64,000 nucleotides of DNA, from NCBI GenBank assembly GCA_964016885.1, contig OZ024740.1, positions 66,588,001 through 66,652,000 of the forward strand. The letters run 5' to 3'. The DNA is from Eledone cirrhosa (taxonomy: Eukaryota). Below are positions 42,737 through 55,120 of this stretch, piece by piece; the stretch's first letter is position 1; each line of letters starts with the position of its first letter. Below the pieces are notes generated by a model, which saw only the letters and a list, made by a program, of their open reading frames with translations, had not been told where the DNA came from and did not search any database. The translations under genes were made by a program, and so were the position numbers.

Positions 42737-44652
42737 TTGTTACATAATAAGGTTGTTTCCGAGGCAATCCAAATTGAATCGACATGGGAACGGATGAAAT
42801 TCGTGCTTTGGGGTTTTTCATCCGTTCCCTTGTGAGTACCAATTCACCCCCACCGGTCTGCGCAAGCGCATGTCCGAAGGAAGTTGACCATTAACACCGC
42901 ATATTTCAACGAAATTCGCTTTCAGTGGCCCACCTATGCCTTGCCAAAGTTTACTGCTACCCATCGCTACTGTGGTAGTCAGCCGAAAGCCAGAGGGGAT
43001 GGGAAGGTGTTAGTTTTTATAGGTCATAATACTACCTTTCACTAAGCGTTGACAGTAAGACTGACCATCAACTCATAAGGGAAAATAAACTTAATTCTAG
43101 GTACTATGGTTTTACATAGTAAGTTAAGAGTGAGAGTTGGGAATAAAAATTAAAATTAAAAGTTAAAATTCTAAATCAAATATCAGAGATTATAAATTAA
43201 ACAATAAAGAATTCAAAAATTCTGAATTCAAAAATTTTTTCAAGTGATAATTCGGATTAAGTTAGGATATAGATTGAAGTGAGTAAATAATATGGAGAGA
43301 GATGTTTAAGTAATATGTTCTGGGAGGGATTCTAGTGTTACAGATATTGAACGGCAGTGCCGTACATTATAACGGAGGGCAAACCACATGGTTCAAGGCA
43401 TTAGTCAATCCGTTACACGGTCATACTTTCCAACACATGGAACAGAGTCAAAGAAAAACAGACATAAAGTGCACAAAAGAAAAGAAAAGAACAGAGACAA
43501 TAGAGAATAAATGCAAAATCACAGAGTGGAAAAAGTACGTTGAGTGCTTGAATTGAATTGCATCAACGTTTACCCTAATAATTAAGCTCCGATTAGTTGA
43601 GCGCTCTATGATGTAACCGATATGGTGGAGACGAGAGGATCCAACCAAGAGCTACCCCGGAAATCCCCTCTACCATGGGGATGAAAAACCCCTGACACTG
43701 GACGGGCGTAATAGTATCTTTCGGCAGGATAATTACGCGGAAACAAAAAATAAGATAAACCCCTATTTTACCTGCACCAAATCGCTTTTGAACAGAGGCC
43801 CCCTCAATTCAATCTATACATGGACAAATGGTCAATCATATGGATCATTTTAGATATATGTACTCTGTGTTTTTGCATTTATTCACTATTGTCTCTGTTC
43901 TTTTCTTTTCTTTTGTGCACGTTTTGTCTGTTTTTCTTTGACTCTGTTCCATGTGATGGAAAGTATGACCGTGTAACGGATTGACTAATGCCTTGAACCA
44001 TGTGGTTTGCCCTCCGTTATAATGTACGGCACTGCCGTTCAATATCTGTAACACTAGAATCCCTCCCAGAACATATTACTTAAACATCTCTCTCCATATT
44101 ATTTACTCACTTCAATATATATCTTAACTTAATCCGAATTATCACTTGAAAAAATTTTTGAATTCAGAATTTTTGAATTCTTTATTGTTTAATTTATAAT
44201 CTCTGATATTTGATTTAGAATTTTAACTTTTAATTTTAATTTTTATTCCCAACTCTCACTCTTAACTTACTATGTAAAATCATAGTACCTAGAATTAAGT
44301 TTATTTTCCCTTATGAGTTGATGGTCAGTCTTACTGTCAACGCTTAGTGAAAGGTAGTATTATGACCTATATAAACTAACACCCTCCCATCCCCTCTGGC
44401 TTTCGGCTGACTGCCACAGTAGCGATGGGTAGCAGTAAACTTTGGCAAGGCATAGGTGGGCCACTGACAGCGAATTTCGTTGAAATCTGCGGTGGTAATG
44501 GTCAACTTCCTTCGGACATTCGCTTGCGCAGACCGGTGGGGGTGAATTGGTACTCACAAGGGAACGGATGAAAAACCCCAAAGCACGAACTTCATCCGTT
44601 CCCATGTCGATTCAATTTGGATTGCCTCGGAAACAACCTTATTATGTAACAA

Positions 44653-44726
44653 GCTGTCTGATGATGTCACGACACTCGCACACAGAACAGTGTGGCCTGT
44701 GTCGTCAATGAAATATATATCACAGC
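44653..44726 (+). ncRNA. Type-I hammerhead ribozyme (right arm)
   Basis: GCTGT-CTGATGA-long stem II-GAAA-TATATA-TC-ACAGC; predicted cleavage after C44721. Confidence 0.85.
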
Positions 44727-44853
44727 ATTATTATTAAAGGACTTGAACATCTGAAACTACTTCGTTTTTACTTATTCGATATTTACTCCGTCACTCCTAT
44801 GTGGAAAAAGTACGTTGAGTGCTTGAATTGAATTGCATCAATATTTACCCTAA

Positions 44854-44886
<33 letters not shown>

Positions 44887-44892
44887 ATATAT

Positions 44893-45119
<227 letters not shown>

Positions 45120-45842
45120 ACATGTTTATATGTGTTAGTATATGTTTGTATATGTGTATATTTTTTATATATATCTGTGTGTGTCTGTGAATGTGTCTGT
45201 AGGCACCAGAAATATAGCTTAAGAGAAACATGACAATAAGGACAGGCATCCAATATTTGAACTTGTTTATAGAATTCTCTCTGCCTTTGTCACTCTAAGT
45301 ACAGCTTTAAAGAATTTCCCTTTTCTTTAAACCCATCTACCATGACTGACCCCCAAATATCTTATAGACACCTGAAATATAGACATTGTTGGCTTAAGAG
45401 AAAATTAAAATTAAGGAGTGGCACCCCAACTTGAACTTGTTTATAGAATTCTTTGTGTCTTTGTCACTCTAAATATAAATTATAGCTTTAAAGAATTAGC
45501 TTTTAATGAATTCCCTTTTCTTTCAACCAATGACCTCCACCCATCTCACCCACCACCCTCTCCCACCACCAGAAAAGATATAAATACCACCACATTTATT
45601 GAGACAGCCAGATTCCTGATGATTTCTCAAGAATGAAACAGTTCTAGTCCTGTAGAATCGCATCTATATTAACACTTTTATACTCTGCTATGTATTGAGT
45701 ACCTTACTTACTGTGGTTACATGCGATTCAACCCGGAATAACTTACCTAATATATATATATACATACGTTAACCTTGGCCTTCCTCTTGCAGAGAGAGAG
45801 GCTGTAGTGGAGAGAGAGGCTGTAGTGGAGAGAGAGAGGCTG

Positions 45843-46259
45843 TAGTGGAGGATGTGCTGCTGTACGGGTCTGAGACTTGGACACTGACCAAGAAACTCAC
45901 TCAGATGGTGGATGGGTGCTACACGAGAATGCTGAGGATGGCTCTGAACATTAATCAGTATACACTGAGGATGAAAAACTCAGATCTGTATGGGAGCCAC
46001 CCAAAAGTCAGCTCAAATGAGACACAGGGGAGATTGAGGTTAGCTGGACATGCTCACCGACATCCAGAGTTGACATTGCACTCAGTGCTCCTGTGGGAGC
46101 CCCTACATGGACACTCTGGAAGAGGAAGACCAAGGTTAACGTACGTCCCTAAGGACAGACACTGGTCTGTTGGAGACGCAGGGCATGGCAGCGACAATGA
46201 GGGACAGAGACCGCTGGAGAGAACTCGTCCATAGATCTCGGGAATTTTACCCGGCCTAG

Positions 46260-46260
<1 letters not shown>
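45843..46260 (+). mobile_element. RTE-clade LINE 3' fragment
   Basis: LLYGSETWTLTKK...YTRMLRMAL...RLRLAGHAHRH...GRGRPRLT; preceded by a 20-bp repeat x3 (~45791-45850); short related piece at 46738-46841. Confidence 0.8.
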
Positions 46261-46299
<39 letters not shown>

Positions 46300-46300
46300 C

Positions 46301-46740
46301 GTATTAATATATATGTGGACGGACAGAGAATGAGTGTTGCATATAAAACATATTTAATTACATATTACATATCTCTTTTACCTGTTTCAGCCATCCGGCT
46401 GAGGCCATGCTGGGGCACCGCCGTTTCACTCTCGATCAGCTCGAGGAACCGTCTTTTAACGATCGAACCTAACTTTGGAATTGGAACCTACCCAGTTATA
46501 TTTTTACGGGTGGACTCGCCTCTGAGAATCTACAGACACGAGTCTACAAGTTAAAACATATCTGAGGAGCTTCCGATTCCAGAGTCAGGTTCGAACATTA
46601 ATAGATCATTCCTCGAGCTGATCGACAGTGAAACATGTTATATGAAATTAAATACGTATATGATGCAACGCACATTCTTTGTTCCCTTATATATTAATAC
46701 GATAGATAATCTGCTCCCCCGAGCATCGAGTGATCATACA
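46301..46740. mobile_element. Diverged fold-back element, long-stem-II HHR family
   Basis: Left arm 46301-46485 (interrupted by SINE fragment 46371-46422) vs right arm 46571-46700; tail tctgctc...gagcatcgagtg. Confidence 0.7.
46557..46644 (+). ncRNA. Hammerhead ribozyme, extended stem II
   Basis: CATAT-CTGAGGA-...-GAAA-CATG-TT-ATATG; stem I covaries with the 12535 copy. Confidence 0.8.
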
Positions 46741-46850
46741 CTGAGGATGAAGAATTCAGAGCTGTCATCTCGAAAGCAACACAGAGGAGACTGAGGTTAG
46801 CTGGACATGCTCACCGACATTTAGAGTTGACATTGCACTCATATATATAT

Positions 46851-46896
<46 letters not shown>

Positions 46897-47532
46897 GGAT
46901 AGAGCGACAGTTTGTTAGATAGATACATATATAATTATATATGTGTATAGGCATGTGGGTCTGGAATATGTTTATCTTGCTCTTTTAATAGTGTTTAGTT
47001 TATTAGAACTTATAGTTATTATTTTATTACTGGATTAAGATTCAATTCTATCATATAGGTATTGTTTTCATTAATATATTCTATTAATATGTTTCTTAGA
47101 GATGTTGCTACTTTAATTAATATGTTTTATTAAAAAAGAATTCTTCTTACTAGAATTTATATATTTATTAGTAATGTATTTTACCATATGAGAGTTATGA
47201 GCGTTTTAACATAGAGGTTTAATGGATATTGCGTCAGAAATAGCTTAGAACTGCTAGAAATAGTTTTGCTTTTTTACTGTATTCATATAGGGCTACGAAA
47301 CCAAGTAGAAATATTGGATTTCGCGATAGGTATACGTAAAGAGCACAGTACAATTAGGAAATATCTTAGTACAACGCCTGATATAATCCTTCCACGGAAG
47401 ATGGAATGTGAAATAAAAGATGGAATTGAAAGAGAGAGAGTGATGAGGGCGATTCAGAAGAAATGGTAAAAAATGAGAAAGTTTATATGTCTGTTCTGCC
47501 AGCATTATAGGGAGATAAATAGATAGATAGAT

Positions 47533-49778
47533 AAATTTCTTTATTAGTCACAAGGGCACAAAAGAAGGGGAAAAATTCAAATGGGGAGTTTACATACAGG
47601 TATATGAAAATAAAACTATTAATAAAATAACAAATAACAATTGAAATCCCCAATAGGGGGGGAAGCGTTACACAGGGGTTGTACACACCCCGAACAAATG
47701 TACAACCCTCATCTCCAGGAGCACGAAGAGTGAGTACTCCCTTACTCTCTTCCTCTTTTTCCTCAACCGACAGGCTTGTATAAAGAGAAGGCCCAAGCAC
47801 TCGGGCCATCTTTGCCACATTCACCCACCTTTTATAAAATTTGCTGGGGTACAGCACGTCTCTCTCCATCCTGATTCTTCTTCCAAAATGATATTTGATA
47901 AAACGAATCAGTTGCTCGCCGGAGAGAAAGGTGTCTGACCTCAGCCCTTTTAACATCGTCCACCATATAACCTCTTTCACCATAGCCATAACACATAGGA
48001 AAACCGCCTCTCCCTCGTTTTTGAAGGAGGGTGGCGGTTTGATCATAACAATGGATTCGGTCGTCAACTGGATTGGTCCCACCCGTGACAATAGTCATTC
48101 TACATAGTCCCACAGGTCGGTAACGCACGGGCAGTGTACAAATGCGTGCGCGACGGTTTCCTCGTCGCGCACGCATCTTGGACAGATCTTTTTCGAAGGG
48201 TCCCTGCCTGGGCGCCCGTGTCTGTAAAGCTTGTCTCGAACTAGTAGAGCTCGGTAGAACTGCCAGACCAGGGACTTTTGAAAGTTGTCCATTGGTCCCG
48301 GGCGGAAGGTCCTACCGAAAGACTGGCCAGTTCATCCTCCTCTACGCCTATAATTTCTCCGAGCGCGTCGTCGCACTTGCTGCGGACAAACCCTCTATAG
48401 AATGTCGAAGTGTAGTCTCCACTGATCCCCGGGTCCTTTTGCCAGAGGACAGTGAGCGCCTGAGCACATTTGATGTGCCAGTCGCCCATTTTCCTCGGTC
48501 TTTGTTTGACCCAGGACTGCAGCTTGGTCAGCGAGACGAGTCGTGAGAAGGCTCGCCTCACGAACGGGGCCCACACCGATTGACCGGTGACGAATACTTT
48601 GAGGTGCCGCAGCCTGAGCGCGTGTTTGCGCATCGTCAGCCACGGTATTCCCAGCCCTCCGTTTGAAGGGTGTTGGCAGCAGATGGATCTTCTCACCAAA
48701 AGAGCCAGTTTCTTCCAAATGAATTGGAAGAGCGCGCGCTCCATTTTGTTGAGCGTTTTGGCTGGACAAGGCACCACGGTCAAGCGGTAGTAGATGACGG
48801 ACGTTATAAAAGTGTTCGCAACTTCCGCGCGACCTTTCAAGGATAGTTTGCACTCGGCCCACTTCTGGGTGAGCGCAAACACCTTGGCCGTCACCTCGTT
48901 CCAGTTCTTCGTGACATGGAGGCCGGACCAAACCAGACCCCGAGCAGCTTTACCGCTCCTTCAGTCCAACGTCCGACGGCGCCATCGGAAGGCATCGGTT
49001 TGCCTCTCCACGTTCCGAGTTGCAAATCGACGGATTTGTCCCGGTACAGCTTCGCTCCTGTGAACCTTTCGGATTCCTCCAGTAAGGTGCCGGCCTCCCC
49101 CCATTTGCGAGGTGCTCGACAGCATTACTGCCATGTCGTCGGCGTAGGCCGACGCCACTTTTCGCAGTCTCGGTTCCAAAGGGATGCCCTGCAATAGCTC
49201 CAACTTACTCAGTAGTGGCTCGAGAGTCAGCACGTACAGAAGGGAGGAGAGGGGGCATCCCTGTCGGATGGATCGCGTGATATGGAACGGCGTCGAGAAG
49301 TAGCCGTTCAACTTGACACTTGAGCAGATGTTGCTGCTGTGCATTGCAGCAATCAAGCCCCTGAACACGGGTCCGATGCCTGCTGCCTCGAGCTCCGAAT
49401 CCAGGTAACGATGGTCAACCCTTTCGAAAGCCTTAGACTGATCCAAGTTTATCAGGGCCCCACCGAAGCCGGGTTTACACGCTACCCTCTCTATGATGTA
49501 TCGCATGAGGTGGAGGTTGTCGTGTATGGACCTGCTCGGGATTGCGCATGTCTGCGCTTCTCCCACTAGGTTTTCAACGATAAGTGCCAGCCTCTTTCCA
49601 ACACCTTGCCAAAATCTGTAACTGTGTTTAGCAGAGTTATGGGCCGGAAGTTGCCTATGTCATCCCCCTTATTCTTGTCCTTCCTGACTAACGTCACCAC
49701 GCCCTTGGTCACAGAACTGGCAATTCTCCCGTTCTGCTGCCAGTTGCAGTAGACCGCTTCCAGGAGACCGGAGAACAA
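47533..49778 (-). mobile_element. Tx1/L1-like non-LTR retrotransposon, 5'-truncated and frameshifted
   Basis: NFRPITLLN, INLDQSKAFERVDH, RQGCPLS, AYADD, zinc knuckle CPRC..ETVAHAFVHC; AATAAA at the 3' end; (GATA)n on both sides. Confidence 0.9.
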
Positions 49779-49837
49779 GATAGATATATAGATAGATAGA
49801 TAGATATTGTAAACAATAAGCATATATGATAAGTAAT

Positions 49838-50013
49838 TGTTTCTACTTTTGGCAAAAGGCCAGCAATTATCTCAGTGCATTACTGGTACTTTATGTTATC
49901 GACCCCGTAAGGATGAAAGGGAAAGTTAACCTCGGCGGGATTTGAATTCAGAATGGCAAGGGCCATAACTCTATGCGTCAAAGCATGGCGTCCGACCCTC
50001 TACCGTAACTGCC
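49838..50013 (-). mobile_element. tRNA-derived SINE
   Basis: Minus-strand B-box-like TTCAAATCCC and core ctttcatccttacggggtcgataa; second copy at 58717-58892. Confidence 0.75.
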
Positions 50014-50439
50014 ATAATAAGTAATTATGGGTTTTAATTATCAGTATTCCTGTTTTTCAGGAACCATCTCTAAAGTATTATTACTTCAATAGCACTATTA
50101 TTTGTGTTAATGCTACATAAGATTGCCTTATTTAAAAATAGTAAAAGAAAATGCTGTTATAAACAAAACCGTATAGCTTCTTGAAAATGTACTGCAGTGT
50201 TAAAACCTCTGTAGAAATAATTGATATACGATAATGGAAACGTGTTTCTATTTTAAAACTTCGCTATATGTTTTATACACTTTATCAGAGAGACAAGAAC
50301 ACTTAATCTATTATAAAGATTTTGTATATACCATGGTTAGAAGTTCAGAAACACTAATGTTATTTCCAATAATATTTTATAGTATATTCATAAAGTAATG
50401 ACCAACATTGTTTACGGTTTTCACTATATAAGACTACGC

Positions 50440-50640
50440 ACTGGATACTGATGTAAAATACCACGCGTGTTGTCATTGAGCAAGACATTTTATTTAACAT
50501 TGCTCCAGGTCACCCAGCTATAAAAATGAGTTGCGTCCTTTCTGGTGATGAACTGTATCGGCCATTACCTTTCCCTCGTTTAACATGCACAGGAGAGATT
50601 GATGTGCATGGGCGACTGGGCGTTTTCCGCCAAAACACCA
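50440..50640 (+). mobile_element. Degenerate SINE-core-like fragment
   Basis: ttgagcaagacattttatttaacattgctccag...cagct resembles a common SINE core (from recall). Confidence 0.45.
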
Positions 50641-50705
50641 TTTCCGAGGTTTTTGAAGTCCCGTGATCATTCATAACCGAAGGGGGTCTTTATGCTTTTT
50701 ACAAT

Positions 50706-50840
<135 letters not shown>

Positions 50841-51120
50841 CCATACATATATATATTTTTATGTATGTGTGAATATTTATGAAATATAAATGTTTCTGTA
50901 TATGCTAGACTCAAATACAATGTATATATATATATATATCTTATTTTGTTTGACCCGTTTAGCTTGTTCGCTTTTTTGGCTTAGGTGGTTAATGGCTTCT
51001 TAACAATCGTCTCAGTTTGTATGACCTTTTTAACTTATGTTTATAGCTCAGGCATCTTCATATCCATAGAAATTGCTTTTCGTTAATTTCTACCCGCCGA
51101 AATGCGATTCTCGCTAAATT

Positions 51121-51176
<56 letters not shown>

Positions 51177-51771
51177 TGTATGTATGTATGTATGTGTGGG
51201 CGGGTGTGTGTGTGTGTATTTTAGTGTTTGTTTGATTTTACCTAAGAGTCCTCTTACGAATGTGCATCGGACCCATCCCGCAATATTGATGACCAAAACG
51301 AAGAAAAACAAAAAGAACAACGATATCCCTATTTTCACCTCCACACCCCCTCTTCATTGATATACCCGCTGTTCCCTATATCTAATCGATACACTCTCCT
51401 ACCTTATGCTTCGTTTATTTTACCTCTTCATTTTCATATTTTTTTATATATGTTTACATATATATCAGACAAAATCTATTTTTATAATTTTCTATCTTTT
51501 GTTTCCTCTCTTTCCTTATTCCATTACCGTCAACACCAATAAAACAACAATTCGTCTTCAAAAGCCGTAATACTTGATGTCCGTGAATAATACTCTACGG
51601 CCATGAATAATACAGAAATAAACATTATCTTTATTATATCCTGCAGCAAACTTAAACGAAGCAGAAACACGTTCCCCGCGCACACACACATACACACATA
51701 CACATACACACACACACTCACACACATACACGCAGAAACAAACATATATATATATATATATATATATACAA

Positions 51772-52042
51772 TATATTAATAAATGGAAAGTATATTTATA
51801 AAACCATACTTATTTTATTATATATATTTCAAGGGCAACCAAGGCACATTATGGTGCGCTTTCATCAGATAAAATACATATTTGTTTTATAAATAAGTAT
51901 TGACATACCCGGAAAAAAGACAACCTGAACAGTTGGAGGTTCCTGGATAGTGTATTTACTCCACTAATCTGTTGAGTGCTTTATATCAGTTATAAAAATG
52001 TTTAAGCTTGTTGAATCCCAACAAATTAAATATAACCTCCAC
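51772..52042. mobile_element. Mini HHR element: minus body plus plus-strand tail
   Basis: 51772-51908 is homologous to 20235-20380; 51955-52040 is homologous to tail 23040-23125. Confidence 0.75.
51811..51876 (-). ncRNA. Type-I hammerhead ribozyme
   Basis: TATTTTAT-CTGATGA-aagcgcacca...ttggttgccctt-GAAA-TATATA-TA-ATAAAATA. Confidence 0.7.
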
Positions 52043-52069
52043 ATATATATATATATATATATATATAAG

Positions 52070-52459
52070 CAAAGAGATATTTAATTTGTAGGTTATTCAA
52101 CAAATTTATTTATAACAGATTCGAAGCACCCTACTGTTTTACTTCTGGAGTATAATATTGTTGATATTAATAAATGGAAACTATCTTTATAAAACCATAT
52201 TTATTTTATTATATATATTTCAAGGGTACCAACATGTTGGTACGCACGCATCCGATAACATACAAACGTTGTTTTATAAATAGTGACATATCCCCCCAAA
52301 AAACAAGAACTTATCGTTTTAAGTTCAGTTTGGATATGTCACTATTTATAATACAACTTTTGTATTTTATCTGATGAGGGCCTACCAAAATGTTGGTATC
52401 CTTGAAATATATATAATAAATTAAATATGGTTTTATAAAGATAATTTCCATTTATTAAT

Positions 52460-52465
<6 letters not shown>
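52070..52465. mobile_element. Mini fold-back HHR element
   Basis: Tail 52070-52160 (minus); arms ~52162-52295 and ~52331-52462 are inverted. Confidence 0.8.
52366..52420 (+). ncRNA. Type-I hammerhead ribozyme
   Basis: TTTAT-CTGATGA-gggccTACCAaaatgtTGGTAtcctt-GAAA-TATATA-TA-ATAAA; the mirror copy ~52204-52258 has a mutated core. Confidence 0.75.
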
Positions 52466-52538
<73 letters not shown>

Positions 52539-52540
<2 letters not shown>

Positions 52541-54725
52541 CTTTGAAAATGTTCATAACTTTGACAGGTTTCGGCCAGTATTGTCCCAGGCCATGTCTAA
52601 CTTAATAGCAGCACCTGGCGAAGTCTTACAAATTAGTGTTTGGGTACCATGGCCCAATCGAGCAGAGAGTTATTGTTTACGGAGGCATATCCGGGTGTAG
52701 GAGGCATATTCGGGATTTCTTGAAGGAATTTATCCAAAGACTTCTTGAACTTGATGGGATCTGTCTCTGCTTTGATATGTTTTGTTGTAATGTTAAAGAG
52801 TGCAGGGCCAATTGAGGTGAACAAATTGTGCCGTATTGTTGTTATGAAATGCGAGTGAGATTTTTGTCGTGGGCGGATAGCACGGAGCACAAGCCTTGGG
52901 TGTACATTAAAGTTGATGCCAACATCCTCTGGGCAAAGCTGATGGAATATTTTCCACATCATGCAGATAATGTAGCGCTCACGGCGACGTTGGGGAGAAT
53001 AAAGGTTGAGCTTTTCTAATCGACTCCAATAGTCAAGGCCTGTCATGCCATCTATCTTTTTGAAATTGACATTTGGGTGCTTCAACTTTCATGATACTTT
53101 GTTTCGTGTGGGGTGACGACAGTGGACAACAGTATTCAAGGTGGGGTCAGGCAAAAGTGGAGAAGAGAAGGATAACAGTGTGGATATCTCTCTACTGGAA
53201 AGTTCTGAGAATCCAGGAACACATTCTGCGGCCCATATCAACTTTGCTGTTTACATGAGTGGCCCAGCTTATGTTGTTGTCCACAATTTACACCCAGGTC
53301 TCTGATGTTATTGGATGCCACTAGAGTTTCACTCGAAGGAAAAGAATATGGTAGTTTCTGGGCATCCTTTTTTCCAAAGCGGATTAATTCAAACTTATCC
53401 TCATTCAACAGCATATTATTCATTTCTGCCCATTGGATAACAGCCAGTAGGTCTGACTGAAGGCAAGTCCGGTCACCCACCTCATTGATGAACCTTTGGA
53501 GCTTGGAATCTTCTGCGAAGATCCTTATGTTGCTGTGGTTGATGATGTCAGTAATGTCATTAATGTAGGTGATGAAAAGAAGTGGGCCGAACACAGTGCC
53601 TTGTGGGACGCCATTGCTGAATTTGGTAGGACTTGATTTTACTCCCTCGACTACAACATATGAGTTATGCCTGTCAGGAAACATTTGATCCACTGTAGTA
53701 ACCTTCCAGAGACACCAACATTGGATAGTTTTTTCAGCAGAATCTTATGATCAACCCTGTCGAAGGCCTTGCTGATATCAAGGTAGATGACATCAGCAGG
53801 CCGTTGCTTTCAAGAAAGTGGATTATTCCTTATCTCACCACCCTCTCAAATACCTTGATAATATGAGAGGTGAGTGAGATCGGACAGTAGTTCACTGCAA
53901 GGGACTTATTTCCCTTTTTGAAGACTGGGACAACGGATTGGGACAGAAAGCTTTCAGGAATATAGCCAGTGTCCAGTGAGTTCCTCCAAAGATTAGCAAG
54001 AGGAGATGCAAGTTGGTGTCGACACACCTTCAGAACAAAAGCAGGGAACCTGTCGGAGCCTACTGCCGCATTGTGTTTAATTTCGTTTATTGCCCCTAAT
54101 ACTTCAGGGGCGCCAAACGTTATGTCCGTTATAGTGTGTTGGGAATTAACATCACTGATACGGCCCAGATCCGCCATATCGGGATTGCTGAAAACAGAGC
54201 AGTATTGTTTCTGCAGTATCTCGCCCATGATTTTGGCATTGTCTTGGAGTGTGCCATTTTCATCAACTAGGGGGCCAAAAGTGGAGACGGTGACTTTGTC
54301 TTTTTTAGCAAATGAAAAGAACACTTTGGGGTTGATTTTGATTTTCTCAATGGCCCACCTCTCTTCAGCTATTCTCTGGTTATTGATGATGGTCATCATG
54401 CATATTTGTTTTACTCAGGCAGGGCGAGAGCCATCGAATGTGTGTGTTGCTGTTGGCAGTATTTTAGTGTGTTAATTTTTTTATTTGTTCTTTTTATTTT
54501 TCTGATAATCGTTTTTTTTGGGGGGGAGACACTGCACTTGGTTTTGTTCACAGATTTTGGTGGGGTGTGTTTTGTACATATATTTGTGACAGTGTCTACA
54601 AAGATCTGCTAAGATGTTTTGATGTTGGTGGAAGTGTGTGCGTGTGTGAAAGACCAGTCGACATGTGATAGTTCGTTCATAATTGCATCCCAGTTGACAT
54701 TGTAGAGATCCAGGTTATCAAATGG
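52539..54725 (-). mobile_element. CR1/L2-group LINE, truncated, deleted and frameshifted
   Basis: VVPVFKKG..NYCPISLTSHIIKVFERVV, YLDISKAFDRVDH, GVPQGTVFGPLLF, FAED, LEKLNLYSPQRRRERY. Exact clade uncertain. Confidence 0.85.
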
Positions 54726-54744
54726 GTGGGGTGGAATATGTATA

Positions 54745-54844
<100 letters not shown>

Positions 54845-55017
54845 TTCTGTCCTTGCACGTAATTGTTTTTCACCGCTCCTATTAATGACGTATTATTCGT
54901 TTTTTCCCGTTCTTTGCCAGCGAACGTCACCATGAACCAAAGTATCGTCTTCCTGTCTTCCTCCGGTTGCAACGTTTTTTGAAATATCCAGTTCTGCGTT
55001 TACAGATTGACTTTGTT

Positions 55018-55068
55018 AGTTTCAGAAGATCCCGTTAAGGGTGAAAGCAGCGATTCTTTGCTTAAACT
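55018..55068 (+). ncRNA. Hammerhead-like motif with U4A core variant (within repeat 54845-55090)
   Basis: AGTTT-CAGAAGA-tCCCgttaaGGGt-GAAA-GCA-gcgattctt-TGC-TT-AAACT. Confidence 0.6.
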
Positions 55069-55088
55069 TTAATCTGTTATTTTAATAA

Positions 55089-55120
<32 letters not shown>

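Larger units (their letters stand above)
42612..44855 (+). mobile_element. Large non-coding fold-back element with HHR (retrozyme-like / non-autonomous PLE)
   Basis: Arms 42612-43527 and 43862-44777 (~915 bp, near-identical); plus unit 43526-44855 is bounded by a 55-bp direct repeat; no convincing ORF. Confidence 0.88.

Noticed and set aside
44460-44500. Second HHR-like motif CTGACAG...GAAA
   Set aside because: G8/A9 and the UH site are absent in both arms.
46741-46790. CTGAGGA...GAAA motif
   Set aside because: Part of a deleted RTE fragment, with no UH site or stem I.
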